A stretch of 64,000 nt of DNA from positions 1,609 to 65,608 of the forward strand of contig JBBDNW010000177.1 of NCBI GenBank assembly GCA_040877375.1, given 5' to 3'. The notes below the pieces were generated by a model that saw nothing but the letters and a program-made list of their open reading frames with translations, did no database searches and had not been told where the DNA came from. This document shows positions 46,983-55,845 of the stretch, in pieces (position 1 is the stretch's first letter; every line of letters begins with the position of its first letter). The position numbers were made by a program, and so were the translations under genes. Source of the stretch: Pirellulales bacterium. GTDB taxonomy: Bacteria; Planctomycetota; Planctomycetia; Pirellulales; UBA1268.

Positions 46983-48025
46983 TCGACACCCTCGCAGTGG
47001 TTGGCGCCACCGGCGCCGTGGGCCGCATCATCGTTGACATGCTCGTCGCCAGGAAGTTTCCGGCGAAGCAGATCAAACTGCTGGCCTCAGCGCGTTCGGC
47101 CGGCCAGCCGATGCAGGTGGGCGGCCAGACGTTCGACGTCGAGGTGCTCGGCCCCGATTCGTTCAAGGGCGTGGATATCGCGATCGGCAGCACGCCCGAT
47201 GAGGTGGCGGCTGAGTTTGTGCCGTGGGCGGTGGAGCAGGGGACCGTCGTGGTGGACGAGAGCGCCTTCTACCGGATGAATCCCGAGGTGCCGCTCGTGA
47301 TCCCCGAGGTCAACCCCGAGGCGATCGCCACGCACAAGGGGATCATCGCCAGCCCCAACTGTTCGACGACCCAGATGGTGATGGTGATGAAGCCGCTGCA
47401 CGACGCCGCGCGGGTGACGCGGGTGATCGTCAGCACCTATCAGGCGGTCAGCGGCGCTGGCTTGGCCGCGACGCGTGAACTGGAGCAGGCGACGACGGCC
47501 TGGCTCGCCCGCGAGGCTGAGCCGCGGCAGATTTTTCCGTACCCCATCGCCGCCAATCTCATCCCCCAGATCGGCTCCCCGCGGCCAAACGGCTTCACGA
47601 GCGAGGAGATGAAGATGGTGCTCGAGACGCGGAAGATTCTGGGCGACGAGTCGATCGCCGTGAGCGCAACCTGCGTGCGCGTGCCGGTCGCCAATGGCCA
47701 CAGCGAGTCGATCCTCATCGAGACGGAGAAGAAGCTCACGGCCGACGAGGCCCGCCGATTGCTCGCCGCGTTTCCCGGGATCGTGGTCGAGGACGATCTC
47801 GCCGCGAAGCGGTATCCGATGCCGCGGCAGGCGACCGGCTACGACGCGGTGTTCGTGGGCCGGATTCGCGAGGACATCTCCTGCGTGAACGGCATCGCAC
47901 TGTGGTGCGTGTCGGACAACCTCCGCAAGGGAGCGGCGACCAACGCGGTGCAGATCGCCGAATACCTCGCCAAGCACGGCGTGCGGCCCGCCGACATGAG
48001 GGCGGGCCACACGGTGCGGGCATGA
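46979..48025 (+). CDS. asd: aspartate-semialdehyde dehydrogenase
   Basis: VVGATGAVG NAD motif. Active-site IASPNCSTTQMV. 348 aa. Confidence 0.95.
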   Translation: MIDTLAVVGATGAVGRIIVDMLVARKFPAKQIKLLASARSAGQPMQVGGQTFDVEVLGPDSFKGVDIAIGSTPDEVAAEFVPWAVEQGTVVVDESAFYRMNPEVPLVIPEVNPEAIATHKGIIASPNCSTTQMVMVMKPLHDAARVTRVIVSTYQAVSGAGLAATRELEQATTAWLAREAEPRQIFPYPIAANLIPQIGSPRPNGFTSEEMKMVLETRKILGDESIAVSATCVRVPVANGHSESILIETEKKLTADEARRLLAAFPGIVVEDDLAAKRYPMPRQATGYDAVFVGRIREDISCVNGIALWCVSDNLRKGAATNAVQIAEYLAKHGVRPADMRAGHTVRA

Positions 48026-48858
48026 CGAGCCCGTCCAGCGGCGATGTCTCGCTGGCTCGTGGCCGGCGCATCGCCCTCCGGCTGGCCTACGACGGCACCC
48101 GCTACTCGGGCTGGCAGACGCAGCCCGGACTGGCGACGGTGCAGGGGACGATCGCCGAGGCGATCCGGTCGGTGTCGGGCGAGGAGATCCTGCCCAGAGG
48201 AGCGAGCCGCACAGATGCGGGCGTCCATGCACTCGATCAGGTCGCGGCGTTCACCTCGCTGAGCGGTCACTCTGCCACTGTCTGGGTGCGGGCGCTCAAC
48301 GCGGTGCTTCCGTCGGACATCACCGTCCGCGAGGGGCGTGAGGTCGCCCTTGACTTCGATCCGGTGACGGCGGCGGTCGCTAAGCGATATCGGTTTCGGA
48401 TTCACGACGCCCGCTGGCGGCCCGTGCTTGAGCGGCATCTGGTCTGGCACTGGCGGAGCCGGCTCGCCGTCGACCGCATGCGGGAGGCTGCCGCGGCGCT
48501 GGTGGGCGAACACGATTTCACGAGTTTCGAGAGCACCCTTTCCCCGCGGCTCTCGAAAGTTCGCACGATTCACTCCCTCGCGGTCGACCGGCCGCTGTTG
48601 CCCCACGATGCGGACGGCTCCGAGGTCTGGATCGAGGTTGAAGGCAACGGTTTTCTGTACAACATGGTGCGGATCATCGCCGGCTCGCTGGTGCTGGTCG
48701 GCGCGGGACGGCGGCCGCCCGAGTGGCTCGGGAAGGCGCTTGCGGCCCGCAGTCGGCCGGCTGCCGGCCCGACAGCGCCGCCGCAGGGTCTCGTGCTCGC
48801 GTCGATCCAGCTCGATTCCGGGTGGGAATCGCACACCTCCGCAGTGGAACATGGATGA
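48022..48858 (+). CDS. truA: tRNA pseudouridine(38-40) synthase
   Basis: ATGA overlap with asd. RIALRLAYDGTRYSGWQTQ and catalytic SRTDAGVHA. The track's longer 5' extension overlaps asd and is rejected. Confidence 0.9.
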   Translation: MTSPSSGDVSLARGRRIALRLAYDGTRYSGWQTQPGLATVQGTIAEAIRSVSGEEILPRGASRTDAGVHALDQVAAFTSLSGHSATVWVRALNAVLPSDITVREGREVALDFDPVTAAVAKRYRFRIHDARWRPVLERHLVWHWRSRLAVDRMREAAAALVGEHDFTSFESTLSPRLSKVRTIHSLAVDRPLLPHDADGSEVWIEVEGNGFLYNMVRIIAGSLVLVGAGRRPPEWLGKALAARSRPAAGPTAPPQGLVLASIQLDSGWESHTSAVEHG

Positions 48859-49703
48859 TGGCCAAACTCCCCGAACGCATCGGCTCCCTGAAACTCATCC
48901 AGCAGATCGGCGTCGGCAAGCACTGCCAGGTCTGGGAGGCCCTCGACGAGCCGGCCCGGAAGAAGGTGGCGATCAAGGTGGTCGTCCCCGACATGGCACA
49001 GGACGTCGGCCAGCGGAAGCTCCTCGAGCACGAGCTCAAGGTCGCCAAGTCGCTCGACCATCCGACGATCATCAAGATCGACCGGTTCGCGGAGGAGGGC
49101 GGGCTTCCGCTGCTCGTGATGGAGTATTTTCCGGCGGCCAACCTCAAGAAGCAGATCGCGGCCGGCGTCGACTCACTCGCGCCGCGGCTCCAGCGGATCG
49201 TGACGGAGATCGCGCTGGCGCTCGATCACATGCACGCCCGCGGCTGGGTGCATCGCGATGTGAAGCCAGACAACGTGCTGGCGGCCGCCGACGGCCAGAC
49301 GAAGGTCATCGATCTCGCGATCGCAGCCCGGTCGTCGGGGATGCTCGGCAAACTCCTCGGCGGCAAAACCCCGCCGCAGGGCTCGCCGAGCTACATGTCG
49401 CCCGAGCAGATCCGCGGGTCGGCTCTCGACGCCCGGTCCGACATCTATTCCTTCGGCTGCGTGCTCTTCGAACTCCTCGCGGGCCGGCCGCCCTATACGG
49501 CGACCGACACCAACGACCTGCTCAACAAGCACGTTTCCGCGCCGGTGCCGGCGGTGGATGCGTTGAACAAGAACGCCACGACGAGCATTTCGAAATACCT
49601 GCGACAGATGCTCGCCAAGAAGCCCGCGGAACGGCCAGCCTCGATGAAGGATGTGCTCAAGCAGTTGCGATCGATCAGGCTTCTTGAACGTGCCACGGTC
49701 TGA
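48855..49703 (+). CDS. stand-alone Ser/Thr protein kinase domain protein (282 aa)
   Basis: ATGATG overlap with the truA stop. GVGKHCQVWEA, VAIKVV and HRDVKPDNVL. DLAIA occupies the DFG position. SPSYMSPEQ. Confidence 0.85.
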   Translation: MMAKLPERIGSLKLIQQIGVGKHCQVWEALDEPARKKVAIKVVVPDMAQDVGQRKLLEHELKVAKSLDHPTIIKIDRFAEEGGLPLLVMEYFPAANLKKQIAAGVDSLAPRLQRIVTEIALALDHMHARGWVHRDVKPDNVLAAADGQTKVIDLAIAARSSGMLGKLLGGKTPPQGSPSYMSPEQIRGSALDARSDIYSFGCVLFELLAGRPPYTATDTNDLLNKHVSAPVPAVDALNKNATTSISKYLRQMLAKKPAERPASMKDVLKQLRSIRLLERATV

Positions 49704-49747
49704 CGGGGCGTCGGAAATCGAAGCGGCGTGAGCCATACGACTCCTAT

Positions 49748-49857
49748 CAAGAAGCCCCAAGCGCGAGCGCGGGGAAGACGCCCTCCACCCCAACCCGCTC
49801 CTCACGATCGCCGAAGTCGCCACCCCGATTCCCATCGCTCGCGCTCCGGGCTTCTTG
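49748..49857. repeat. REPIN-like inverted doublet repeat (family A, copy 3)
   Basis: AGAAGCCCCAAGCGCGAGCGCGGGGAAG ... ATTCCCATCGCTCGCGCTCCGGGCTTC; collinear with 8828-8940. Confidence 0.85.
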
Positions 49858-49980
49858 AAACGGCCGCGGTTCTTCCCGCCAATGCCCCTCAAAACGTTGG
49901 CCGATTTCCCGGTTGACGCGGGGTTTCCGCGGCGGGGAAACTCTAGGGTTTGAGGATCCCGTCCCCGCGAGAGACCCCCG

Positions 49981-50952
49981 ATGGCCGCCGGACTGCATCG
50001 ACTGCCGCTGGAAAAACCGATCTACGAGATCGAGGACCGGATCGCCAGCCTCGAGGCCGCGCCGCTCGGGGGCCAGCAGCAGGAGCAACTCCGCCGGCTG
50101 AAGCGGGAACTCGTCGAGGTTCAGAAGAAGGTCTTCGGCAGCCTCGACCCCTGGCAGACCGTCGAGGTGTCGCGGCACCCAAACCGTCCGAAGACGAGCG
50201 ACTACCTCGACCTCGTGTTCGACGAGTTCGTGGAGCTTCACGGCGACAAGTCGTTCGGCGACGACCCGGCGATCCTCTCCGGCTTTGCCAAGCTCGACCA
50301 ATACAAAGTGATGGTGATCGGCCACCAGAAGGGCAAGACGCTCGCGGAGCGGCAGGCCTGCCACTTCGGCTGCGCGCATCCGGAGGGCTACCGCAAGGCG
50401 ATGGGCAAGATGCGGCTGGCGGCCAAATATGGTCTGCCGGTGATCTGCCTGATCGACACGCCCGGCGCCTATCCGGGGATCGGGGCCGAGGAGCGCGGCC
50501 AAGCCCAGGTGATCGCCGAGAGCATGTTTTTGATGGCGACGCTCCCGGTGCCGATCGTCTGCGTGGTGATCGGTGAAGGGGGATCCGGCGGAGCGCTTGG
50601 GATCGGCGTGGGCGATCGGGTGGCCGTCATGGAGCATGCCTACTACAGCGTGATCAGCCCTGAGGGGTGCGCCGGCATTCTCTGGAAGAGCGTCGAGTTC
50701 AAGGCCGAGGCGGCCCGGGCCCTGCGGTTCCGATCGGCCGACTTGAAGGAGTTTGGTGTGATCGACGCCGTGATCGAGGAGCCGGCAGGGGGCGCCCATC
50801 GGCATCCGCGGCGGATGGCGGCCCGGCTGAAGATGTATCTGGCGAGGTCGCTCCGCGAGCTGCTGGCCCGGCCGCGTGACCAGCTCGTGTCGGAGCGGTA
50901 CGACAAGTTTCGCCGGATGGGAAAGTTTCTCGACGACTCCGTAGCGGGCTGA
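49981..50952 (+). CDS. accA: acetyl-CoA carboxylase carboxyltransferase subunit alpha
   Basis: LEKPIYEIEDRIASLE, RHPNRP, IDTPGAYPG..AEERGQ, GEGGSGGALG. Confidence 0.95.
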   Translation: MAAGLHRLPLEKPIYEIEDRIASLEAAPLGGQQQEQLRRLKRELVEVQKKVFGSLDPWQTVEVSRHPNRPKTSDYLDLVFDEFVELHGDKSFGDDPAILSGFAKLDQYKVMVIGHQKGKTLAERQACHFGCAHPEGYRKAMGKMRLAAKYGLPVICLIDTPGAYPGIGAEERGQAQVIAESMFLMATLPVPIVCVVIGEGGSGGALGIGVGDRVAVMEHAYYSVISPEGCAGILWKSVEFKAEAARALRFRSADLKEFGVIDAVIEEPAGGAHRHPRRMAARLKMYLARSLRELLARPRDQLVSERYDKFRRMGKFLDDSVAG

Positions 50953-51017
50953 CGCGACGGGGAGTACCGCACGGCCACGCTCCCCCAAGACGGCGGGGGT
51001 GTGGTAGTCTTCCCGCC

Positions 51018-54000
51018 ATGAACGAAGCGGCAGCGAGCGGCACGACAGAGCAGGGGACCCCCGGTGGTCTCGACGCCTTCATCGCCCGCTGGGGAACGAG
51101 CGCCGGCGCGGAGCGGGCCAACTACCAGATTTTTCTCGCCGAGCTCTGCGACGTGCTCGGCGTGCCGCGGCCCGAGCCAAGCGTGGCCGACGAGGCGGCC
51201 AACCGCTACGTCTTCGACAAGGCCGTCACGTTTCAAAACCCCGACGGCAAGACGTCGACCGGCTACATCGATCTCTACCGCAGGGGGGCGTTTGTCTGCG
51301 AGACGAAGCAGTCGGTGGCCAAGCCCGAGAAGGATCCGCTTTCCGTGGCCGATCCGGCCGCGCCCAAGGCCCGCCGCAAGAGCGGCACGAGCGTCCGCGG
51401 CACCGTCGGCTGGGACGATTCGATGATCGCGGCCCGGGGCCAGGCCGAGGGCTACGTGCGAGCGCTTGCCGACGACAACCCACCGTTTCTGCTGGTGATC
51501 GACATCGGCCACTCGTTTGAGCTCTACGCCGACTTCTCGCGGCTCGGGAAGGTCTACACGGCGTTTCCCGACGCCCGCAGCCACCGTTTCTCGCTCGACG
51601 ATCTCCGCGACGAGGGCCTCCGCGAGCGGCTGAAAATGCTCTGGCTCGATCCGCTCGCGCTCGACCCGGCCCGTCATGCGGCCAAGGTCACCCGTGAGAT
51701 CGCCGCCCGGATCGCCGTGCTCGCACGCCGGCTGGAGGCGAAGGACTATGAGCCGGAGCAGGTGGCCTGGTTTCTGATCCGCTGCTTGTTCACGTTTTTC
51801 TCGGAAGACGTCTGCCTGACGCCCCGGGGCGGGTTCACGAGTCTCTTGGAGAGCATGAAGGAATCGCCCGAGCAGTTTGTGCCGCTCGTTTCGGAAGTCT
51901 GGAAGACGATGGGGCAGGGGGGCTTTTCAACGGCGCTCCGCACGCGGATCAAGCAGTTCAAGGGCACGATCTTCCGCGAGCACGATCCGCTGCCGCTCGA
52001 TGCCGACGAAATTGCCCTCCTGATCGATGCCGGCAAATCCGACTGGAAAGACGTGGAGCCGGCGATCTTCGGCACGCTTTTGGAGCGGGCTCTCGATCCC
52101 CGCGAGCGTCACAAGCTCGGCGCCCACTTCACGCCGCGGGCGTATGTCGAGCGGCTCGTCGTGCCCACGATCATCGAGCCGGTCCGCGACGACTGGGAGG
52201 CGGCCCGGGCGGCGAGCCTAACCGAGGCCAACGCGGGGCGACTCGACAACGCGAAGGCCGAGACGCGGAAGTTTCTCGACGGCCTCACGGCCATGAAGGT
52301 GCTCGACCCGGCCTGCGGCACTGGCAACTTTCTTTATGTGTCGATGGTGAAGCTCAAGGAGATCGAGGCGGAGGCCCGCGACTGGCTCGCGCAGCTCGGC
52401 GAGACGCAGACCGACCTTGAGCACATGGAGCGGACGGTCGATCCGCAGCAGTTTCTGGGGATCGAGATCAATCCCCGTGCGGTGGCGATCGCGGAAGTGG
52501 TGCTCTGGATCGGCTGGCTGCAGTGGCACTTGCGCGACCGCAAGAGCCCCGACAGTTTTTCGGAGCCGATCCTGCAGGCCTACGGCAACATCGAATGCCG
52601 CGACGCGCTGCTGGAATACGACAAGAAGGAACTCGTCCGCGACGAGTCAGGCAAACCCGTCACGCGGTGGGACGGCGTGACGACGAAGAAGCATCCGGTG
52701 ACGGGCGAGGACGTGCCAGACGACACGGCACGGGTATCCGTCGAGCGGTACGTGAACCCACGGAAGGCCGAGTGGCCGCAGGCGGATTTTGTCGTGGGCA
52801 ACCCGCCGTTTCTGGGGCCGGGCCGGATGCGGGCTGCCTTTGGGGACGGCTATACCGACGCAGTCAGAGATACCTATCCAGAAGTTCCCGAATCGTCGGA
52901 CTACGTCATGTATTGGTGGCACAAGGCTGCCGAGTTGCTGTCAGTCCGTAAGCTCCGTCGGTTTGGCCTCATCACGACAAACAGCATACGGCAATCGTTT
53001 GCCCGGCGCGTCATCCAGGCGTTCATGGGAGATTCGCCGAGAAGAGGATCGGAGTTGGTCAGCCTTGCGTTTGCGATTCCGGATCATCCGTGGGTTGACT
53101 CTGCCGACGGCGCTGCCGTGCGAATCGCTATGACCGTCGGATGTCGCGGCAAGACAGTTGGGCAACTGTCGGAGGTCACCGCTGAAGAAGAGGCTGTGGA
53201 CGAGCATGTCCCGGTCACTCTGGTCACACGATCTGGTTTTTTGTCAGCGGATCTCCGCGTGGGCGCGTCCGCATCCGTAGCAATCGAACTTGTTGCAAAC
53301 TCAGGGCTCGCGAACAGAGGGTTCTGTCTATTCGGCTCGGGATTCATTGTTTTGCTGGATCGCGCGCGAGAGCTCGGCCTTGGTCGCACGGTTGGTCTCG
53401 ACCGTCACATCCGGCCTTACCGCAATGGCAAGGATCTGACGCAGAGCCCCAGAGGCGTGTTCGTCATCGATCTTTTCGGGCTGTCGGAGCAGCAAGTGCA
53501 GGAGCAATTTCCCGATTGCTACCAGCACGTCGCGATGACGGTGAAGCCCGAACGAGCCGAAAACAAGCGTGAAAGCCGCCGGCGATTGTGGTGGGTGTTT
53601 GGTGAGCCAAACAAGCAACTGCGGCTCATGCTTCAGGGATTAGATCGGTACATCGCGACTTCAGAAACAGCCAAGTACCGGGTTTTTCAATTTTTGGACC
53701 GAGCTATAGCCCCCGACAACATGCTCGTAGCCATAGCATCCGACGACTCATTTTTACTGGGTCTCATGTCGAGCCGCATTCATGTCGTGTGGGCGCTGGC
53801 CGCAGGCGGGAGGCTCGGGGTCGGGAACGACCCTCGCTACAACAAAACCGCTTGCTTCGATCCATTCCCATTCCCAGCGGCGACCGACTCCCAGAAACAA
53901 AAAATCCGCGAGCTCGGCGAGGCGCTCGACGCGCATCGTAAGAAGCAGCAGGCGGCGCATCCGGGGCTGACGATCACGGGGATGTACAACGTCCTCGAAA

Positions 54001-54611
54001 AGCTCCGCTCAGGCGAAGCCCTCACCATCAAGGACAAGAAGATCCACGACGACGGCCTCGTGAGCGTGCTCAAGAAGATCCACGACGACCTCGATGCCGC
54101 TGTGTTCGACGCCTACGGCTGGCCGGCCACGCTCACCGACGACGAGATCCTGGAGCGGCTCGTAGCCTTGAACCACGAGCGGGCCGCCGAGGAAAAGCGC
54201 GGCCTCATCCGCTGGCTGCGGCCCGAGTTTCAAAACAGTTCTCGCACCAAGGCGGGCGGCGGCGACGTGCAGCAGACGCTCGCTGAGGCTGACATCGATG
54301 ACGACGACGCGGACGACGACACCACCGAGCCCGGCGTCGAAAAGCCTAAACGAGGCAGGGGGGCTGCCAAGAAGTCGGCCGGCCGGGTGGCCAAGGCTCC
54401 GAAGGCGTCGAAGCAGTCCTGGCCCAAGGACCTCGCCGAGCAGACGCGGGCCGTTCGCAGCGCGCTCGCAGCCGTGGGCGGGATCATGACAGCCGCCGAC
54501 GTCGCCAAGCAGTTCAAAAATGCGAAGTCGCCGCGCGTGGAAGAAATCCTCGCCACCCTCGTGGCCTTGGGCCACGCCCGCCGCACTGATGACGGCTACG
54601 CGTCGGCGTGA
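51018..54611 (+). CDS. MmeI-family type IIL restriction-modification enzyme (fused PD-ExK nuclease, N6-adenine methyltransferase, specificity domain)
   Basis: Nuclease motif YIDLYRRGAFVCETK (D85-x9-E95-x-K97) has the same spacing as I recall for MmeI D70/E80/K82. LIRCLFTFFSEDV, SDWKDVEPAIFGTLLERAL...LGAHFTP, motif I VLDPACGTGNFL, motif IV VVGNPPFLG (52791-52817). Confidence 0.8.
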   Translation: MNEAAASGTTEQGTPGGLDAFIARWGTSAGAERANYQIFLAELCDVLGVPRPEPSVADEAANRYVFDKAVTFQNPDGKTSTGYIDLYRRGAFVCETKQSVAKPEKDPLSVADPAAPKARRKSGTSVRGTVGWDDSMIAARGQAEGYVRALADDNPPFLLVIDIGHSFELYADFSRLGKVYTAFPDARSHRFSLDDLRDEGLRERLKMLWLDPLALDPARHAAKVTREIAARIAVLARRLEAKDYEPEQVAWFLIRCLFTFFSEDVCLTPRGGFTSLLESMKESPEQFVPLVSEVWKTMGQGGFSTALRTRIKQFKGTIFREHDPLPLDADEIALLIDAGKSDWKDVEPAIFGTLLERALDPRERHKLGAHFTPRAYVERLVVPTIIEPVRDDWEAARAASLTEANAGRLDNAKAETRKFLDGLTAMKVLDPACGTGNFLYVSMVKLKEIEAEARDWLAQLGETQTDLEHMERTVDPQQFLGIEINPRAVAIAEVVLWIGWLQWHLRDRKSPDSFSEPILQAYGNIECRDALLEYDKKELVRDESGKPVTRWDGVTTKKHPVTGEDVPDDTARVSVERYVNPRKAEWPQADFVVGNPPFLGPGRMRAAFGDGYTDAVRDTYPEVPESSDYVMYWWHKAAELLSVRKLRRFGLITTNSIRQSFARRVIQAFMGDSPRRGSELVSLAFAIPDHPWVDSADGAAVRIAMTVGCRGKTVGQLSEVTAEEEAVDEHVPVTLVTRSGFLSADLRVGASASVAIELVANSGLANRGFCLFGSGFIVLLDRARELGLGRTVGLDRHIRPYRNGKDLTQSPRGVFVIDLFGLSEQQVQEQFPDCYQHVAMTVKPERAENKRESRRRLWWVFGEPNKQLRLMLQGLDRYIATSETAKYRVFQFLDRAIAPDNMLVAIASDDSFLLGLMSSRIHVVWALAAGGRLGVGNDPRYNKTACFDPFPFPAATDSQKQKIRELGEALDAHRKKQQAAHPGLTITGMYNVLEKLRSGEALTIKDKKIHDDGLVSVLKKIHDDLDAAVFDAYGWPATLTDDEILERLVALNHERAAEEKRGLIRWLRPEFQNSSRTKAGGGDVQQTLAEADIDDDDADDDTTEPGVEKPKRGRGAAKKSAGRVAKAPKASKQSWPKDLAEQTRAVRSALAAVGGIMTAADVAKQFKNAKSPRVEEILATLVALGHARRTDDGYASA

Positions 54612-54660
54612 CGCACGATCTGCCACCCAGACACTCCGCTCCGGGGTTTTCTGCCGATGT

Positions 54661-54695
54661 TTCCAAAATGCACACATTGTGTGTAATATGGGCTA
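54661..54695 (+). promoter_or_regulatory. putative sigma70-type promoter with overlapping palindromic operator for brnTA
   Basis: TTCCAA (54661-66), 17-nt spacer, TAATAT (54684-89). The spacer contains the perfect palindrome CACACA-T-TGTGTG (54671-83). The ATG lies 6 nt after the -10 box, which suggests a leaderless mRNA. Confidence 0.4.
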
Positions 54696-54974
54696 ATGTC
54701 GCAGTTCGATTGGAACGATGAAAAAAGCCGAGCTCTCAAAGCTGAGCGGGGCATCTCGTTTGAGGACGTGGTTTTTTACGTGGCGGCTGGTGGGCTGCTC
54801 GACGTGCTAGATCATCCAAATCCAGGAGCCTACCCAGGCCAGCGCATCTTGATCGTGGATATCGACGGATACGCCTTCGTCGTTCCGTTCGTGGCTGACG
54901 GCGACGTGCTGTTCTTGAAGACGATCATTCCGAGCAGAAAAATGACAAAGCGTTACTTCGGAGGCAGGCGATGA
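54696..54974 (+). CDS. brnT: BrnT-family (DUF497) type II toxin
   Basis: FDWNDEKSRALKAERGISFEDV at the N-terminus and LKTIIPSRKMTKRY at the C-terminus match the DUF497/BrnT pattern. 92 aa. Overlaps the antitoxin gene. Confidence 0.75.
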   Translation: MSQFDWNDEKSRALKAERGISFEDVVFYVAAGGLLDVLDHPNPGAYPGQRILIVDIDGYAFVVPFVADGDVLFLKTIIPSRKMTKRYFGGRR

Positions 54975-55258
54975 AAAAACTCGATCGTGACGAAGCCCGG
55001 CTGCTGGCATCGGTGGAACGCGGAGACTGGAAGCGGTCCGGAACGGTGGCCAAGGACATGGCGCGGCTTCAGGCGGCCGCGCGGGCGACCGTGCGGAAGG
55101 ACAAGCGAGTGAACATTCGGATCACCGCCCGGGATCTCGCGCACTTGCAGAGAGCAGCCGTGGAGGAAGGGATTCCTTACCAGACGTTCATCTCGAGTAT
55201 CTTGCACAAATACATTGCCGGCCGGCTCGTCGAGCGGCCACGGCCGACGTCAGCCTGA
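54971..55258 (+). CDS. brnA: BrnA/CopG-type antitoxin
   Basis: ATGA overlap with brnT. C-terminal RHH-like NIRITARDLAHLQRAAVEEGIPYQTFISSILHKYIAGRL is typical of BrnA-type antitoxins. Confidence 0.75.
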   Translation: MKKLDRDEARLLASVERGDWKRSGTVAKDMARLQAAARATVRKDKRVNIRITARDLAHLQRAAVEEGIPYQTFISSILHKYIAGRLVERPRPTSA

Positions 55259-55354
55259 TTTTCGGAGCTTTCAAACGCTCAGTTCCAGGGTTTCCCGCAG
55301 ATTCGCTCCCGCGTCTTCGACCGTGGCGCCTTGGGCGATTCTTCCGGATGCCAC

Positions 55355-55804
55355 TCAGCGGGCATTGTACAGATAGAGCACTGCGGCCCAGCCACTTGGC
55401 AGGAGTCGCGGCGCGTGGTCGAGGGACTTGGCGTAGCGCACCGCCAGAGACAGGAACGTTTTGGCGTGGAAGAACGCCTCGAGGATCGGCCGTGTTTCGT
55501 TGAGCCAGTCACGGTTCATTTCCGGGCTGAAGTTCTTCCCAGTTCCTGCCGCAACGATCTCCAGGAACCAGTCGTTGAGGCCCCGGCCCTGATCGTGCTT
55601 GCGGAGGGCTTCAACGATCTGCAGGGTCAGGCTCTGTAGGCCCAGGACTTTCCAGCTCTGGTGGTAGAGGCGGTAAAAGGGATCCTCGAAGCCCCAGTGG
55701 GAGTCCGACTCCTCCAGGAGTGTTTCCAGCGCAGGCAGATCCGCCTTGAGCGACTGCAGAAGCGGCTCGGTTTCGTGATCGATGTCTTTCGGTTCAGTGG
55801 ACAT
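55355..55804 (-). CDS. hypothetical protein (149 aa), downstream partner of the DCTPP1/MazG-like gene
   Basis: GAGGGA RBS lies 5 nt before the ATG. Begins 41 nt after the upstream gene. I recognise no motif (HWGFEDPFYRLYHQSWKV...). Confidence 0.6.
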   Translation of the reverse strand: MSTEPKDIDHETEPLLQSLKADLPALETLLEESDSHWGFEDPFYRLYHQSWKVLGLQSLTLQIVEALRKHDQGRGLNDWFLEIVAAGTGKNFSPEMNRDWLNETRPILEAFFHAKTFLSLAVRYAKSLDHAPRLLPSGWAAVLYLYNAR

Positions 55805-55845
55805 GCGATTCCCTCACGCGGGTAGCGGTCCCAGCGGACGCTGGG

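Noticed and set aside
51018-54611. BREX PglX methyltransferase as an alternative call for the 1197-aa enzyme.
   Set aside because: No PglZ, BrxC, BrxL, BrxA or BrxB candidates flank it. The N-terminal D-x9-E-x-K nuclease motif is intact, which favours a stand-alone MmeI-type R-M enzyme.
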